DNA of 64,000 nt, taken from assembly GCF_006345805.1 (NCBI RefSeq), contig NC_043003.1, positions 44,826,001-44,890,000 of the forward strand. Direction: 5' to 3'. Positions 62,731-64,000 of this stretch are shown piece by piece. The position numbers and the translations under genes were made by a program. Within the stretch, counting starts at the first letter, position 1, and each line of letters opens with the position of its first letter. The notes beneath the pieces are model-generated. The model ran no database searches and was not told the DNA's origin. It worked only from the letters and a program-made list of their open reading frames with translations. The DNA is from Octopus sinensis (Eukaryota).

Positions 62731-63139
62731 CAATTCCCTGCCTAGTACTCATTTCAGATCCCCAGTTTATCTTTTCACTTTTCATTCTTTTCTTTCCTTC
62801 TAACTTCCTTCTCTCTACCCCATCTCTCTATCCTTCTCCTGAGCCTTCTCATTGTACCTTTGGAACACAAGCACCATTATTTTCTTCCTTTTTTGTTAGT
62901 TTTTATCATGTAGTCTCCCACACTTTGAAATATTTGCAATTTGTATTTTTCCTGCTTATTTTAGCTCTGCTTGATACATTTCCAAAATTAAAGATTTTAA
63001 TATGCAAAATATACTTCACATTATTATATATACTACGCATTAATGCGAAAAATATTGTGTCTATTGGCTATTTTCAAAATGATCACACCATCAATGGAAA
63101 ATTTCAATACCAACTTCCTAAGGCAGTTATGAAAAACTG

Positions 63140-63521
63140 ATGAATTGGGCCTTGTTTCATTAGGACAATGCTTCAGCACACAAGTCCTTGGTTTCAATGG
63201 CTGCTGTGTGTGACCGGCTTTGAACTGGTTGATCATCCTCCATATGTTAGTGATTTGGTTCCTTCTGGTTATCATCTGTTTCCCAACATAGAAAAACACT
63301 CAGATGAGCACCAGTATCACTATGATGAGAACATCTTATCTGTTGTTGATGACCATTTTGATCAACAGAAAAGATTCTTCACCAGTGCGACCCAAGCACT
63401 GCAACTACTAATGGAAGTATGTGGACAGTAAGAGGAACTATGTTAAAAAGTGAACTTCATTTGGTCACATTCCATTGAGAGTGTCTTGCTCAGATTATGA
63501 ACATTTTAGCCGACCCTCATA
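63140..63521 (+). mobile_element. Mariner transposon 3' fragment with right TIR
   Basis: FH*DNASAH, GFELVDHPPYVSDLVPSGYHLFPNIEKH, GNYVKK. Ends ...agccgaccctca-TA. Confidence 0.82.
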
Positions 63522-64000
63522 ATAATAAAAAGTATTATTATACCTGCATTTGTTTTAATGTTAACATTGGAAAAATCCACATTTTTCATTAAAAAATTAG
63601 GACCTGGGTTTGCATGCCCTTAGCAAATTTTGTTGCTGGGCTACTGACTGTGTGTGGTGTGTGAGGGAGAGAGGTGAGAGACCATTGCAAACAATGAATG
63701 AAATAAACATGAAATGAAAACAATAGTAGAAAAAAAGCACGTTAAAAGCTATCTTGTACCGAATATTTAAATTTGGGAATTCAGTAAATATTTCTTTCAG
63801 TAAATTATAGTTGTTTAAGTGAATTAAAACTTCAAATGAAAACATTAAAACAGAGAGTGAGAGGTTTCGCAAATTAAAACGGAAAAGTTCGCCGTTGCTA
63901 CGTCAAACCGGAAGTTGACATTGAGAAACCTTTTTTAAAAAGTGAATCATAGATATAAAGCAATATCATTTTTATTTTTAATAAAAAAAATAAACTGATG

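Overview
AT-rich, microsatellite-dense eukaryotic non-coding DNA. The SINE families and repeat style suggest an octopus or other coleoid cephalopod; this is inference, not a database match. I could not recognise any host-gene exon, and most ORF-track entries are translated microsatellites or chance ORFs. The window is a mosaic of mobile-element remains. These include three Penelope-like retroelement (PLE) insertions: an uninterrupted 5'-truncated RT+GIY-YIG ORF at 3.6-5.2 kb, a GIY-YIG stub with a ~780 bp inverted pseudo-LTR at 37-39 kb, and a decayed YRDD-type RT at 60.5-61.6 kb. Also present are an RTE LINE with a ~77-80 bp target duplication, an RT-deleted R4/Dong-like LINE beside a (TAA)n tract, a decayed Gypsy gag-pol with three nested SINEs, mariner fragments, non-autonomous Helitrons, a foldback MITE and many tRNA-derived SINEs. 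The most notable signal is a set of hammerhead-ribozyme (HHR) motifs read by eye. One has a compensatory U3-A8 core and lies at the 3' end of the PLE ORF. One lies in both arms of the inverted pLTR, downstream of a CCAAT/TATA promoter. Several more lie in small non-coding units beside (TA)n microsatellites, two of them bounded by inverted repeats. Together they suggest a PLE-dependent, retrozyme-like family. No folding, alignment or database search was run.
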